Positions 38,443 to 48,588 of a DNA stretch of 64,000 bases are shown here, piece after piece. Source of the stretch: Candidatus Cloacimonadales bacterium. GTDB lineage: Bacteria > Cloacimonadota > Cloacimonadia > Cloacimonadales > DAONDQ01. The position numbers were made by a program, and so were the translations under genes. The stretch's first letter is position 1. Each line of letters opens with the position of its first letter. The DNA is taken from NCBI GenBank assembly GCA_963662275.1, contig OY759316.1:4032001-4096000 (forward strand). The letters are read 5' to 3'. The notes beneath the pieces are model-generated. The model searched no databases. It was not told where the DNA came from and was given only the letters and a program-made list of their open reading frames with translations.

Positions 38443-39984
38443 CTAGTCCCAGAACTTTCTATCCAGTGACCTGTATTGCACTGCTTCACTGATGTGGAAG
38501 GGCAGGATTTCCTTACTTCCTTCCAGATCGGCAATAGTGCGTGCCACTTTCTGGATGCGATCATATACACGAGCGGAAAAGCCCATTGTATCCATAGCAT
38601 TCTTTATGATTTGCTGGCTTTCACTGGTCAGGTGGCAATACTTGCGTATCGCCCTGGAATTCATCTGCGCATTGCAATAGATCTTATCCTGGGCAAATCT
38701 CTCCAACTGTATCTTGCGGGAGGCATTCACCCGCTGGCGTATTAAACTAGAAGTCTCTCCTGTGGGCTGAGAACTCAATTCCTGGAAGAGAACCGCCGGT
38801 ACTTCAATATGGATATCGATTCTATCTAAAAGCGGTCCAGAGACACGGGAACGGTAGCGTTGGATGATTTGTGGTGCACAGGAGCAGCTATGCCCCGGGA
38901 TGTGGTTACCATAATACCCGCACGGACAGGGATTCATGGAGGCAATAAGAATGAACTCAGCGGGAAAGATCAGGCTCTGTTGCGCCCTGGAAATAGTCAC
39001 TATTCCATCTTCCAAAGGCTGTCTTAAAACTTCCAGCACATTCTTCTTGAATTCAGGCAATTCATCGAGGAAAAGAACTCCGTGATGCGAGAGCGAAACC
39101 TCTCCCGGCTTGGGATACGCTCCGCCGCCAATTAACGCAACGTCCGAGATCGTATGGTGGGGTGCCCGGAATGGACGATAGGTGACGATACCATTTCTCA
39201 GGTTCATGGATAAACCTGCAACAGAATGGATTTTGGTAGTCTCTAGAGCTTCCTCTAGTGTCATATCGGGAAGAATCGTTGGTATCCTTCTTGCCAGCAT
39301 CGTTTTCCCTGAGCCGGGAGGTCCAAGCATCAGGAGGTTATGACCACCGGCAGCAGCGACTTCCAAAGCACGCTTCACCTGGTACTGGCCTTTCACATCG
39401 AACATATCGACAGGAGCTTCATTCATTATAGAAAATATCTTGGTTTTATCCACCACCACAGGTTCTATTTCAATACGTTCTTCCAGAAAATTGACGGCTT
39501 CATTCAATGTAGCGACCGGATAGACATTCAAGCCATCAATGATACCTGCTTCCTCAGCATTTTCATAAGGCAGAATTAGCCCATCGATTTTATCCCGCTG
39601 TGCTTGAATGGCAATAGGCAATACACCTTTCACAGGACGGATAGAGCCATCCAAGGCAAGTTCACCGATCATGGCATAGCGCCCCAGGTTCTTGGATGAC
39701 ATATTGCTGGTCGATACCAGTAACGATAGTGCAATTGGCAAATCCAAAGAAGCACCTTCCTTCTTGATATCTGCCGGTGCAAGATTGACAGTATAAGAAG
39801 CAACCATGAAACGAAATCCGGAGTTCCTAATTGCACTCGTAACTCTTTCCTTGCTCTCTTTGACTGTATTTGAAGGAAGACCAACAATCGCAAAAGGTTG
39901 TGTACCACCCCTCATATCAGTTTCCACTGAAATCTTGATCGCATCGATGCCGATTGTGGCATAAGAATTTGTCTGTCCTAACAC
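38443..39984 (-). CDS. comM: YifB/ComM Mg-chelatase-like AAA ATPase
   Basis: VGLP..VKES.ERV, NLAPAD..KEG..LDLPIA, GPPGSGKT, PFRAPHH, LFLDE, NPCPCG. Confidence 0.93.
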   Translation of the reverse strand: MLGQTNSYATIGIDAIKISVETDMRGGTQPFAIVGLPSNTVKESKERVTSAIRNSGFRFMVASYTVNLAPADIKKEGASLDLPIALSLLVSTSNMSSKNLGRYAMIGELALDGSIRPVKGVLPIAIQAQRDKIDGLILPYENAEEAGIIDGLNVYPVATLNEAVNFLEERIEIEPVVVDKTKIFSIMNEAPVDMFDVKGQYQVKRALEVAAAGGHNLLMLGPPGSGKTMLARRIPTILPDMTLEEALETTKIHSVAGLSMNLRNGIVTYRPFRAPHHTISDVALIGGGAYPKPGEVSLSHHGVLFLDELPEFKKNVLEVLRQPLEDGIVTISRAQQSLIFPAEFILIASMNPCPCGYYGNHIPGHSCSCAPQIIQRYRSRVSGPLLDRIDIHIEVPAVLFQELSSQPTGETSSLIRQRVNASRKIQLERFAQDKIYCNAQMNSRAIRKYCHLTSESQQIIKNAMDTMGFSARVYDRIQKVARTIADLEGSKEILPFHISEAVQYRSLDRKFWD

Positions 39985-39993
39985 TGTTCCTCC

Positions 39994-42456
39994 TTAATTA
40001 CCCAGAACGACTGTATTTTGTTTATGAAAAGCATTTCTCTGCTCTTGATCATAAGCTTCAAAATAAACGAGATAGACACCAATTGGCAGGTTTTTGGATG
40101 ATTGATTTTTCCCATCCCAAAGGAAAGAGCCTTCTGCAGAAACAAGCGACTGATCCGCCAATATACGCACCAGCCTGCCTTTCAGATCATAGACCTTGCA
40201 ACTGACCCTACTGATGGGTCGAGAGAAAGAATAACGAATCTCACAAGTTTCCTGTCTTTTCGGAAAAAATGGATTCGGTTGAATACGGACATTTGTTGAT
40301 GTGGGCATTTGCTGAATGAAAACGCTGTTCTCCTGCCCCGGTGTCCCGCCAATAGCAGCAAGACATGGACTCCAATTGTCACTACCTGGTAATAAGGCAG
40401 GTTGGATTCTTTCTATGGAAATACCTTTATCTTTGCTCCAATCCGGAACATATGCAAACTCTTCCCATCTGTTATTAAAAGCATCTTCGATGAAAATAGA
40501 TTCTCCTGAATTAGATAAGGAAGGTAATCCTGAAATGATTTGTTCAGGATTAATAGAATATTGTTCACAAAGGCTCTCAGCATCCTGCTCATCATGAACA
40601 ATAACAAAAAACTGGCTGTCATCTGGCTGCCAGGTAACTGAATCAGCAGTAATGTGTATCCTCAATTGGGGATACTTGGGAAGATCAGCATTCCTGCGTA
40701 TCTCTAGCCACTCGGGCATGCCGGTTAATGGGTCATACATGATTTCATTTACCACGAATGGGAGAGAATTGCTGTTATAATAACTCCAGTATTCGGAGGG
40801 GGAAGAACCGCCTGAAGTCGGCGCTACATCTGAAATGAAACTGCCTGAAGTCAGTGGTACAATCGTTTTATACTCACATTCGATCTTATACTGAAAAGCG
40901 TGATAACCAATACCCGGAATAGCTTGCTTAAAGACAAAGACACTATCGTCCGTCAAAGAAAGATAAGTATCAATTATCGATTCTCCCAAGCCAGTAGAAC
41001 TGTCAAACTGAAGGCAAATCAGGTGAATATCAGATACCGATTCATCCTTATGAAATTGTACTTTATGGATTAACGAATCATTTTCAGCCATGATTTGTAC
41101 AGAATCGATGTAAACAAGTGCTTCAGGTATAACGATACTATTGGGAAGACCGGGTGTACCACCTTCTGCTAACATGCAGATATCCCATATCGGAAAGGAT
41201 AAGCCAGTACTTCGTCTTTCCAACGATCGATTGTAAGCCTGGGTTGAACCAATATAGTGTAATGAATCAAGTGTTTTATCCGCATCATCTGTTAGCCAAA
41301 TGGTTTCTTCGTCATTATTAAGTGTGACCCAATGACTCAATTTGACGATAGACAAACCAGGGCAGTTTGGATAGTTATGCACAAAATCGAGTGAATCAGT
41401 GCAAAGTACCTTGTAGCCTTGGGCAGGGATATCTAGATTGAAGGTGACCTCATTCTGGGCTTCATCCCTCAAATGCAGATTAAATAAGGATAAATCAGCA
41501 TTTCCCCGATTATATAATTCTATCCATTCCTGGTTATCTGGTGACGGTGAATATAATAATTCGTTCAAAATCAGAGATATTTCACCAACGAAAATAGAAG
41601 TTATCCACAAGTTATCCACAGGATTGATATCGTTAGAAACGTTCAAATTTAAACTGACCTTGTGTAACCCAGGTATTGTACAATGGATAGTGATATCGAT
41701 CATAATTGAATCTTGCGCTATGATATCTGGAATTTGAATGGATGAATAGATCTCGTTATCAAGTTTTATTTCCAAATATTCCTTAGAGTTATACACACTC
41801 GTTGTGGATAAGTTGTGGATAGGCGTGTTTATCTTAATGTTAAATTCAATAATCTCAATTATTGGTATCCCGATAGAAAGATTTATAGGAATAAGATTAG
41901 CACTACCAGGAGTTGGAGAAGAGCAATCAAACCAATCGGCTGAAGTATTTGTATCCACTCCATTATGCAAACGAGCCAGGCTATGACCTTCCGGTACATC
42001 CGGACACAATTCCGTCCCAATATCATGTATGTCATCAGGAAGTTGATTTGTATTTGGCGAATCATATAAAACAGTATCAGTGTAAGAACTGTCAGGGGAA
42101 GTCAGTCGAATCCCGTCAGATTCTGCACCGCCGTTTTGCAGCGTAATATTGCTCCATAAATGGGCATTGGAAAAATCTTCCTCAGCTAAAAGCAGATAAT
42201 GCTGCGGGCGCAAAATGAAAAACGGAAACGTATAAGTAGCAGAAAAATCAGAACCACCGGAATAAAGCTGCCAATCCTCCATATCAACATCCTCCGTTCC
42301 GTTATTAAAGAATTCAATCCATTCATGATAATCATCTGAACTTATAGGATCATAGCAAACTTCATTAATCACTATATCAGAATATAAAGCAGGTATACTT
42401 AATAAGCATATCAAATAGGTAAATAAAACAGGAAGGGAAATACCCTTACATATCAT
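39994..42456 (-). CDS. Secreted protein with three lamin-tail domains and FlgD-type C-terminal domain
   Basis: INEV.YDP..EWIE, LNELLYSP..EWIELYN, VNEIMYDP..EWLE; TPG..N; PNPF..WDG. Confidence 0.85.
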   Translation of the reverse strand: MICKGISLPVLFTYLICLLSIPALYSDIVINEVCYDPISSDDYHEWIEFFNNGTEDVDMEDWQLYSGGSDFSATYTFPFFILRPQHYLLLAEEDFSNAHLWSNITLQNGGAESDGIRLTSPDSSYTDTVLYDSPNTNQLPDDIHDIGTELCPDVPEGHSLARLHNGVDTNTSADWFDCSSPTPGSANLIPINLSIGIPIIEIIEFNIKINTPIHNLSTTSVYNSKEYLEIKLDNEIYSSIQIPDIIAQDSIMIDITIHCTIPGLHKVSLNLNVSNDINPVDNLWITSIFVGEISLILNELLYSPSPDNQEWIELYNRGNADLSLFNLHLRDEAQNEVTFNLDIPAQGYKVLCTDSLDFVHNYPNCPGLSIVKLSHWVTLNNDEETIWLTDDADKTLDSLHYIGSTQAYNRSLERRSTGLSFPIWDICMLAEGGTPGLPNSIVIPEALVYIDSVQIMAENDSLIHKVQFHKDESVSDIHLICLQFDSSTGLGESIIDTYLSLTDDSVFVFKQAIPGIGYHAFQYKIECEYKTIVPLTSGSFISDVAPTSGGSSPSEYWSYYNSNSLPFVVNEIMYDPLTGMPEWLEIRRNADLPKYPQLRIHITADSVTWQPDDSQFFVIVHDEQDAESLCEQYSINPEQIISGLPSLSNSGESIFIEDAFNNRWEEFAYVPDWSKDKGISIERIQPALLPGSDNWSPCLAAIGGTPGQENSVFIQQMPTSTNVRIQPNPFFPKRQETCEIRYSFSRPISRVSCKVYDLKGRLVRILADQSLVSAEGSFLWDGKNQSSKNLPIGVYLVYFEAYDQEQRNAFHKQNTVVLGN
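41276..41822. promoter_or_regulatory. Cluster of DnaA boxes (candidate oriC or DnaA-binding locus) inside a CDS
   Basis: TTATCCACA 41601 and 41612; TTATACACA 41789; TGTGGATAA 41803; TGTGGATAG 41814; TTATGCACA 41375; TTATCCGCA 41276. Confidence 0.65.
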
Positions 42457-42911
42457 GCATCCTCCACAATATTAACTCTATAAATAAAAAATAATCATTA
42501 GTTATTTTGGAGTCAAGGAATATTTATTAAGTAATTTAGAAGCACTAAACAGATGTATAAAATGAGCTGGGGTTCATCTAGGCATTATCTAGGCATTATC
42601 TAGGGATCATCTAGACTTTTTTAGATTTTCCTTAGGTTTTCATTAGTTCTTGTTTTTTTTCAAATTTCTTCATCTTCCTTAAGGCTTTACATGAAAGATG
42701 AGGATTTGGAGTTCAAATGCCCTAAACAAATTATCATTGAATACCAGATTAAAAGGGCATTCGGACTTCAAAATCGACCTTTCATCTTCAGTAGCGAAAA
42801 CTCGTTTCAGAGAACTTCGAACCTGCTGCCACGTTTTCCCTTGACAGCTCTGCCCTGCTAAAGATTTTAGCAATTCGTACATAATTTTGATTTATAGGAC
42901 AGGAGAGATAA

Positions 42912-43046
42912 ATGAAAAGAACATATCAGCCCCATAATCGTAAGATGAAGAACAAACATGGGTTCCGTTTACGCATGAGTACTAAGAATGGGCGTAAAGT
43001 CCTTGCCAGAAGAAGAGCTAAGGGCAGAAAGAACCTGACCGTTTAA
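42912..43046 (+). CDS. rpmH: 50S ribosomal protein L34
   Basis: [52 protein letters not shown]; absent from ORF track. Confidence 0.98.
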   Translation: MKRTYQPHNRKMKNKHGFRLRMSTKNGRKVLARRRAKGRKNLTV

Positions 43047-43152
43047 GGGGTTATTAAAAGGATTTGAGTGCCATGTTGATCCCAAACTTACATGGTGTAT
43101 TATTCTATTGAATCGCTCAGGGAGCAATCCCGACAGTGGGATTCTTTCCATA

Positions 43153-43482
43153 ATGCGTTACATTTGCAAACGAAGCGAATACCTGTCTTTTCAGAAATCA
43201 GACATGATCATTCGTTCAAATTATTTTCTGGTTCTGTGTCTTCATGATACAGAACCGTTTTTTTCAGTTGGGATCACCATCAGTAAAAGAGTTGGAAACG
43301 CAGTCGTACGTAACAAGATCAAACGAAGAATCAAAGCATGCCTGAGAGAGAAAAATACCGAGAAAGTGTCGGGGTGGAAAATCAACCTGATTGCCAAACC
43401 GACAATAGCAATGATAGATTGGCTCACTCTGAAGTCAAGCTTGGAAGATGTCATACAGAAACTGGAGAAGCAGGAAAATTGA
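43153..43482 (+). CDS. rnpA: RNase P protein component
   Basis: [23 protein letters not shown] (RNR motif); synteny; start uncertain. Confidence 0.93.
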   Translation: MRYICKRSEYLSFQKSDMIIRSNYFLVLCLHDTEPFFSVGITISKRVGNAVVRNKIKRRIKACLREKNTEKVSGWKINLIAKPTIAMIDWLTLKSSLEDVIQKLEKQEN

Positions 43483-43706
43483 CTCATCTCTTGATTTGGA
43501 ATTCTCCTATTGTCTGGTTGATTCGATTCTATCAGCGCTATATATCAACCATGCTCCCACCGACTTGCCGCTTTGAACCTTCCTGCAGTCAATATGCGCT
43601 TCAGGCTTTTCACAAATACCCTTTTTTTAAGGCTTTTTATCTTTCCGTAAGCAGAATACTTAAATGCCATCCTTTTCATAAAGGTGGCTATGATCCCTTG
43701 CCTTAG
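43479..43706 (+). CDS. yidD: Membrane protein insertion efficiency factor
   Basis: [32 protein letters not shown] start inferred. Confidence 0.93.
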   Translation: MTHLLIWNSPIVWLIRFYQRYISTMLPPTCRFEPSCSQYALQAFHKYPFFKAFYLSVSRILKCHPFHKGGYDPLP

Positions 43707-43714
43707 GAGGAATT

Positions 43715-45376
43715 TTGGATCGTAGAACTTTACTTGCAATTGCTCTAATCGTTATCATATATCTATTGAGCAATGAATTTATCTGGAAGAAGAAAGAAGC
43801 GCCAGTCGCTCCTTCCAATCAATCCACAACCCAGGCTGCTTCAACATCTCAACCTGCACAGAATGGTACTCAAACAACATCCCCGCAAGCTGTTAGCCAG
43901 GCGGTACTCTTACCTGATACGTTAAAAACAGGTATCCCTGTTGATAACAACATTGTTCTTCAGAATGATTCTTTGAAAGTGGTTTTTTCTAATGAAGGCG
44001 CAATAATCCGAGAAGCATATTTATTGAATTTTAAGGATGTTGATCGTAAATCTCCTGTACAATTGATAGCCTCATCAGAAGGGATTTTAGGTTCTCAAAT
44101 AACGACAGCTTCCGGTTCATTAGATCTTAACAAAATAGTCTTTTCTTATGAGCGTTTTGATCAAAATGGATATCCTGGTCTTCGTTTTCATTGGGACAGG
44201 AATGGTAGTGTTCTCATTGAAAAGAGATTCATTCTCTTGCCCAATAATACGTTAGATATGCAATTCAATGATGTGAATTTCGGGGCTTTGAATGGATATC
44301 AGATTGGGTTTGATGCAGGCATCAGGGATACCGAGCATAATGCAAAAGCTGGTAAGCCAAACAAGATGAAGGGACAGGATTACAAATTCATTGGGCAGAT
44401 CGATAATACACTTCAGTCTTTTTATCTCTCAAAATTGAAAGAAAAAAAGACAATTGCAGGTAAAGTGAATTGGGCTTCCGTGCGTTCCAAGTATTTCCTG
44501 ATAGGACTTATCCCTGATAAGAACGTGTTCGTAGTAAATACGGTGGCCTATGATAATAAAAATACACCCGCTTTTGATGTCACAATCAAAACAGATGCTC
44601 CAAGAGCTTCCTTCAATGATCACTACTTCTTGTACCTTGGTCCGGTAAAAATGAATCAATTGAAGAAGTTCAACATCGGTTTCGAAAACGCTGCTGAACG
44701 TGGTGCTAAATTACTAAGATGGTTATATACCATATTTAATTCCTTCCTCAGTTGGCTTTTTAAACTTATTCCAAATTATGGAATTGTCATCATTATTTTC
44801 AGCATTCTCTTGAAGGTTGTACTGCATCCCCTGACTCATAAAAGTATGGAATCTGGAATCAAGATGCAACGGATTCAACCTTTGATCAGAGAGGCTCAAG
44901 CCAAATATAAAACTGATCCGAAACGTATGCAAACTGAGTTGAGTGCAATTTATAAAGAGAATGGTGTTAGTCCGTTAGGGGGGTGTTTACCTCTCTTATT
45001 ACAGATGCCTATTTTTATCGCCCTGTACAGCGTTTTGCGTTTTTCACTGGATATGCGCCAAGCATATTTTGTTGGTTGGCTAAATGATTTATCTGCTCCG
45101 GATCCAATCTATGTGCTACCCATACTAATGGCGATATTCATGTTTGTACAACAAAAGATGATGACTCCCAAAACGACACCAGGCGAGGAAGTGGATGAAA
45201 AACAGGCAGCTATGATGCAAAGCCAAAAAATGATGATGTATGTCATGCCCGTCATGATGTTCTTTATCTTTAAAAGCATGCCTGCTGGATTGGTTCTTTA
45301 TTGGACGATATTCAACATTCTTTCTATCATTCAGCAGTATTATTTAATGAAACATTTTGAAAAAAAGGCAAAATAA
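43715..45376 (+). CDS. yidC: Membrane protein insertase
   Basis: LYLGP, NYG..II, GGCLPLLLQMPIF.ALY, W..DLS.PDP, GLVLYW. Confidence 0.97.
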   Translation: MDRRTLLAIALIVIIYLLSNEFIWKKKEAPVAPSNQSTTQAASTSQPAQNGTQTTSPQAVSQAVLLPDTLKTGIPVDNNIVLQNDSLKVVFSNEGAIIREAYLLNFKDVDRKSPVQLIASSEGILGSQITTASGSLDLNKIVFSYERFDQNGYPGLRFHWDRNGSVLIEKRFILLPNNTLDMQFNDVNFGALNGYQIGFDAGIRDTEHNAKAGKPNKMKGQDYKFIGQIDNTLQSFYLSKLKEKKTIAGKVNWASVRSKYFLIGLIPDKNVFVVNTVAYDNKNTPAFDVTIKTDAPRASFNDHYFLYLGPVKMNQLKKFNIGFENAAERGAKLLRWLYTIFNSFLSWLFKLIPNYGIVIIIFSILLKVVLHPLTHKSMESGIKMQRIQPLIREAQAKYKTDPKRMQTELSAIYKENGVSPLGGCLPLLLQMPIFIALYSVLRFSLDMRQAYFVGWLNDLSAPDPIYVLPILMAIFMFVQQKMMTPKTTPGEEVDEKQAAMMQSQKMMMYVMPVMMFFIFKSMPAGLVLYWTIFNILSIIQQYYLMKHFEKKAK

Positions 45377-45377
45377 C

Positions 45378-46130
45378 ATGAAAGAAATTCAACGAAAAGG
45401 AAATAGTGTTCAAGAGATTTTAAAAGAATTCTCACTCGAGCAGAAGATTAATCAAAATCAAATCAGGTATAAAGTTATCCAAGAAAATACGCCGGGATTC
45501 CTAGGGTTTTTTGGTAAGAAAAAAGCCATTATTTCGATTCAATTATCCGATGTTGCTGAGATGATGAAAGAGTTTACAGTACAACTACTGACTAAAATGA
45601 ACACCGAATTCGATTCTGTAAAGGTGATAAAAGAAGGGGAATCATACCAGGTATCTGTCATTGGAACAAAAGAACCGGGTTTTATCATTGGGAAAGAAGG
45701 AAGGATGCTGGAAAATCTGCAATATCTAATGAATCGTGTATTTGAAAAAGATGCCGGTTTAGATAAAATATACTTCGATGTTGATGGCTATAAGGAACGC
45801 CAGGAAGAAAAAATGCTTCGACGTATCAAACCAATGATAGACAGAGCAAGAGAAAAGCAGCAATCAATCACACTAGACCCGATGAATCCAGCAGAAAGAC
45901 GAATTGTTCATAAATATGTGGAAAATGATAATCAACTGCGTACACTTACTGTTGGTGAAGGTAAAATGAAACGTATCGTTATTTTCCCTGCCAAAGGAAA
46001 GAGTTCAGGTCAATCGCAACAGGCAAGACCACAACAGAATCGTCCTTTAAGAGCAAATACAAATCGTCGTCCCAATACACTCCGAACACCCAACCCCAGA
46101 AAAAAGAGCGATGAAACTCGGTCAGATTGA
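45378..46130 (+). CDS. jag: Jag/EloR KH-R3H RNA-binding protein
   Basis: GFLGF, IIGKEGR.LE.LQ, LDPMNPAERRIVH. Confidence 0.92.
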   Translation: MKEIQRKGNSVQEILKEFSLEQKINQNQIRYKVIQENTPGFLGFFGKKKAIISIQLSDVAEMMKEFTVQLLTKMNTEFDSVKVIKEGESYQVSVIGTKEPGFIIGKEGRMLENLQYLMNRVFEKDAGLDKIYFDVDGYKERQEEKMLRRIKPMIDRAREKQQSITLDPMNPAERRIVHKYVENDNQLRTLTVGEGKMKRIVIFPAKGKSSGQSQQARPQQNRPLRANTNRRPNTLRTPNPRKKSDETRSD

Positions 46131-46172
46131 ACTGTAGAGTAGGATTCCGATCCTACTGGAATTGGAGATGTA

Positions 46173-46967
46173 ATGAAACTCGGTCAGATTGAATTATTCA
46201 AGGTTTCAGCAGGACATTACTGGTCTGATGGTGGAGCTGCCTTTGGTGCTCTTCCTAAAGTATTGTGGAATAAAACCATCAAAGCAGATGAGGAAAATCG
46301 TGTTATTTTTGAGCTGAACCTGCTGTTAATTAAGACAGCGGACAGAAATATACTGGTTGATACAGGTTGTGGAAATCATCTTTCTCCAAGACAAATCAAG
46401 ATCTACGACCCTTCTGAATTTATCCTCTTTGAAGAACTTGAAAAGTATGGAATAACCCGCTTTGACATCACTGATGTTATACTGACTCACTTACATTTTG
46501 ATCATGCCGGTGGTGTGATCAGTGTTTGTAATGGAAAATCGGAGCTTTCCTTTCCCAATGCCATTCACTACATCCAAGCAAGTGAGTGGGAAATGGCAAA
46601 GAATCCTGATGAGCTTAACCAAGCTGCATATTATTTTGATGAACAACTTTCACTTTTAGCTTCCGAAGGAAAATATGTATTACTTCAGGGCAATTATCAT
46701 TTGATTCCAGAAGTTGAATTGCGATTAGTTGGCGGTCATTCGGTTGGAACCCAGGTCGTCTGTTGTGAAAGTGAAGATGAATTTGCAGTTTATGCCGGAG
46801 ATATCATTCCTTCTCAACCGCATCTCACATTACCCGTAGTATCCGCTTATGATGTGAGCAGGATTGATACTTTCAAAGTAAAAAAAGCCATGATAGCTGA
46901 AATTAGGCAGAAAAAAGGATGTTTGCTATTGAATCACGATAGCAGTGAATTTGCATTGAAATTGTAA
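46173..46967 (+). CDS. MBL-fold metallohydrolase (YtnP-like)
   Basis: DGGA.FG..PK.LW, THLHFDHAGG, GH, GD. Confidence 0.9.
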   Translation: MKLGQIELFKVSAGHYWSDGGAAFGALPKVLWNKTIKADEENRVIFELNLLLIKTADRNILVDTGCGNHLSPRQIKIYDPSEFILFEELEKYGITRFDITDVILTHLHFDHAGGVISVCNGKSELSFPNAIHYIQASEWEMAKNPDELNQAAYYFDEQLSLLASEGKYVLLQGNYHLIPEVELRLVGGHSVGTQVVCCESEDEFAVYAGDIIPSQPHLTLPVVSAYDVSRIDTFKVKKAMIAEIRQKKGCLLLNHDSSEFALKL

Positions 46968-47036
46968 AGCAAGACGCCGTTCTTGCTATTATATATATTA
47001 GCATAAAACAACAGCAAGAACGGCGTCTTGCTTTAC
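46964..47036. repeat. Inverted REP doublet GTAAAGCAAGACGCCGTTCTTGCT supplying both convergent stop codons
   Basis: Perfect inverted arms; single copy at ~58612-58633. Confidence 0.85.
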
Positions 47037-47185
47037 TTTTTATCACCCGGAAATAATCTGTTAAGTCCATGAATTAGTAAATAGAATATGCCCATGAAGA
47101 TAAAGATCCCCAGCATACCTTTCCACATGACATCCAACGACAATACAAAATTACTGATTGTTTCTAACGAAAATACTTGAATCAT
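47033..47185 (-). CDS. Small single-TM OadG-related membrane protein (50 aa)
   Basis: MIQVFSLETISNFVLSLDVMWKGMLGIFIFMGIFYLLIHGLNRLFPGDKK; AAGGA RBS; below ORF-track cutoff. Confidence 0.65.
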   Translation of the reverse strand: MIQVFSLETISNFVLSLDVMWKGMLGIFIFMGIFYLLIHGLNRLFPGDKK

Positions 47186-47201
47186 TTCGATTATCCTTCT
47201 A

Positions 47202-47666
47202 TCAATAGTGATAGGGTTTGTTATTCATGATCATAAAAGCACGGTACAGTTGCTCCACTAACATCAGTCTGATCATTTGATGCGTAAATGTCATTTTCGA
47301 AAAACTAAGTATTACATCTGCTTTTTCACGTATTGTAGCATGTAAGCCATAAACACCGCCGATGACAAAACAAAGATCTTTAAAACCTTGCTGCTGTGAA
47401 ATCCATGTTGAAAATTCCAGTGAAGAGAACTGTTTACCGGTTTCATCCAGCACGACTAGAAATTCCCCTGGTCTAATAGATTTTCCAATAATTTCTGCTT
47501 CTTTCAATTTGACATCTTCAGAACCTGATGACTTGCTAAGACTGACATCAGGTAATTCTATAATAGTTACTTTATGATATGCATGTAAACGTTTCAAATA
47601 CTCGTTTATTCCTTCAATGAGATAATCCTGTTTCGTTTTCCCGAGACAAAGAATGCGTATGCTCAT
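47202..47666 (-). CDS. rlmH: 23S rRNA pseudouridine-1915 N3-methyltransferase
   Basis: LDETGK..SS..F, FVIGG..GL, SFSKMTFTHQM.RL.L.EQLYRA, PYH. Confidence 0.96.
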   Translation of the reverse strand: MSIRILCLGKTKQDYLIEGINEYLKRLHAYHKVTIIELPDVSLSKSSGSEDVKLKEAEIIGKSIRPGEFLVVLDETGKQFSSLEFSTWISQQQGFKDLCFVIGGVYGLHATIREKADVILSFSKMTFTHQMIRLMLVEQLYRAFMIMNNKPYHY

Positions 47667-48565
47667 TTGGAGGAAGCTAAAATACCGAGAGCCATGCATA
47701 GCATCTTGGTTTCACCGCTATCAGCTCGAGAAGGTATCAGGATTGGAACCTTTGTACCCATGACGACATGAGCTACCCGATATTTGCAGTAATAGGTAAG
47801 TGTCTTGCCAAAGATGTTTCCTGCTTCAATATTGGGGACGATTAAAATATCTGCATCTCCAGCGACAGGTGATTTGATTTTTTTGATTTGGGCTGCTTCC
47901 ATATCAATGGCATTATCAAAGGCTAGAGGTCCATCAATCATACAACCTGTGATTTGACCCCTTTCCCACATTTTAACGATTACTGAAGCATCAATTGTGG
48001 GAGGCATTTTGATATTTACAACTTCAACAGCACATAAAATAGCAACCTTGGGATTTGGATTACCTAATGAATGGGCAACAGCAACAGAGTTATTGATAAT
48101 GGCTACCTTTTCATTCAGATCGGGATAAAGGTTGATTCCACCATCACTCATAAGAACAATCCTGTCAGGATGTTCATAGGCAAGCACATCGCTGATGACA
48201 TCACTGGTACGAAGACCGTTTTCTTTATCAAGAACTGCTTTTAAGAGTATTGCCGTATCTGCTTTTCCCTTGAGAATAACATGCCCTTTCCCCTCTTTTG
48301 CCAATGCGACAGAGATCGTGCAGGCTTTTTGTAAATCTGTACCTGTATCGATGATTTCGAAGCTATTTTCATATTGAGGATCCATTTCTTTCAGTAAGGA
48401 TAAAATTGCTGTTTTATCACCCACGAGTATACAATCTGCTATGTTTTCTTTCTTTGCCAAGATAGCAGCTTCGATTGCAGAATCGGTTTGAGCTGCAGCA
48501 ATAATGACTTTCTTCCCAATTTGTTCTTTCACCAATGCAAGCATTTCGTTGAAATTAAGAATCAT
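47663..48565 (-). CDS. ptb: Phosphate butyryltransferase / phosphate acyltransferase
   Basis: LKG..DTA, DGPLAFDNA, GDADIL.VPNIEAGN, SRADS. Confidence 0.88.
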   Translation of the reverse strand: MILNFNEMLALVKEQIGKKVIIAAAQTDSAIEAAILAKKENIADCILVGDKTAILSLLKEMDPQYENSFEIIDTGTDLQKACTISVALAKEGKGHVILKGKADTAILLKAVLDKENGLRTSDVISDVLAYEHPDRIVLMSDGGINLYPDLNEKVAIINNSVAVAHSLGNPNPKVAILCAVEVVNIKMPPTIDASVIVKMWERGQITGCMIDGPLAFDNAIDMEAAQIKKIKSPVAGDADILIVPNIEAGNIFGKTLTYYCKYRVAHVVMGTKVPILIPSRADSGETKMLCMALGILASSK

Positions 48566-48588
48566 GAAACTACTCCTTATATGATCGA

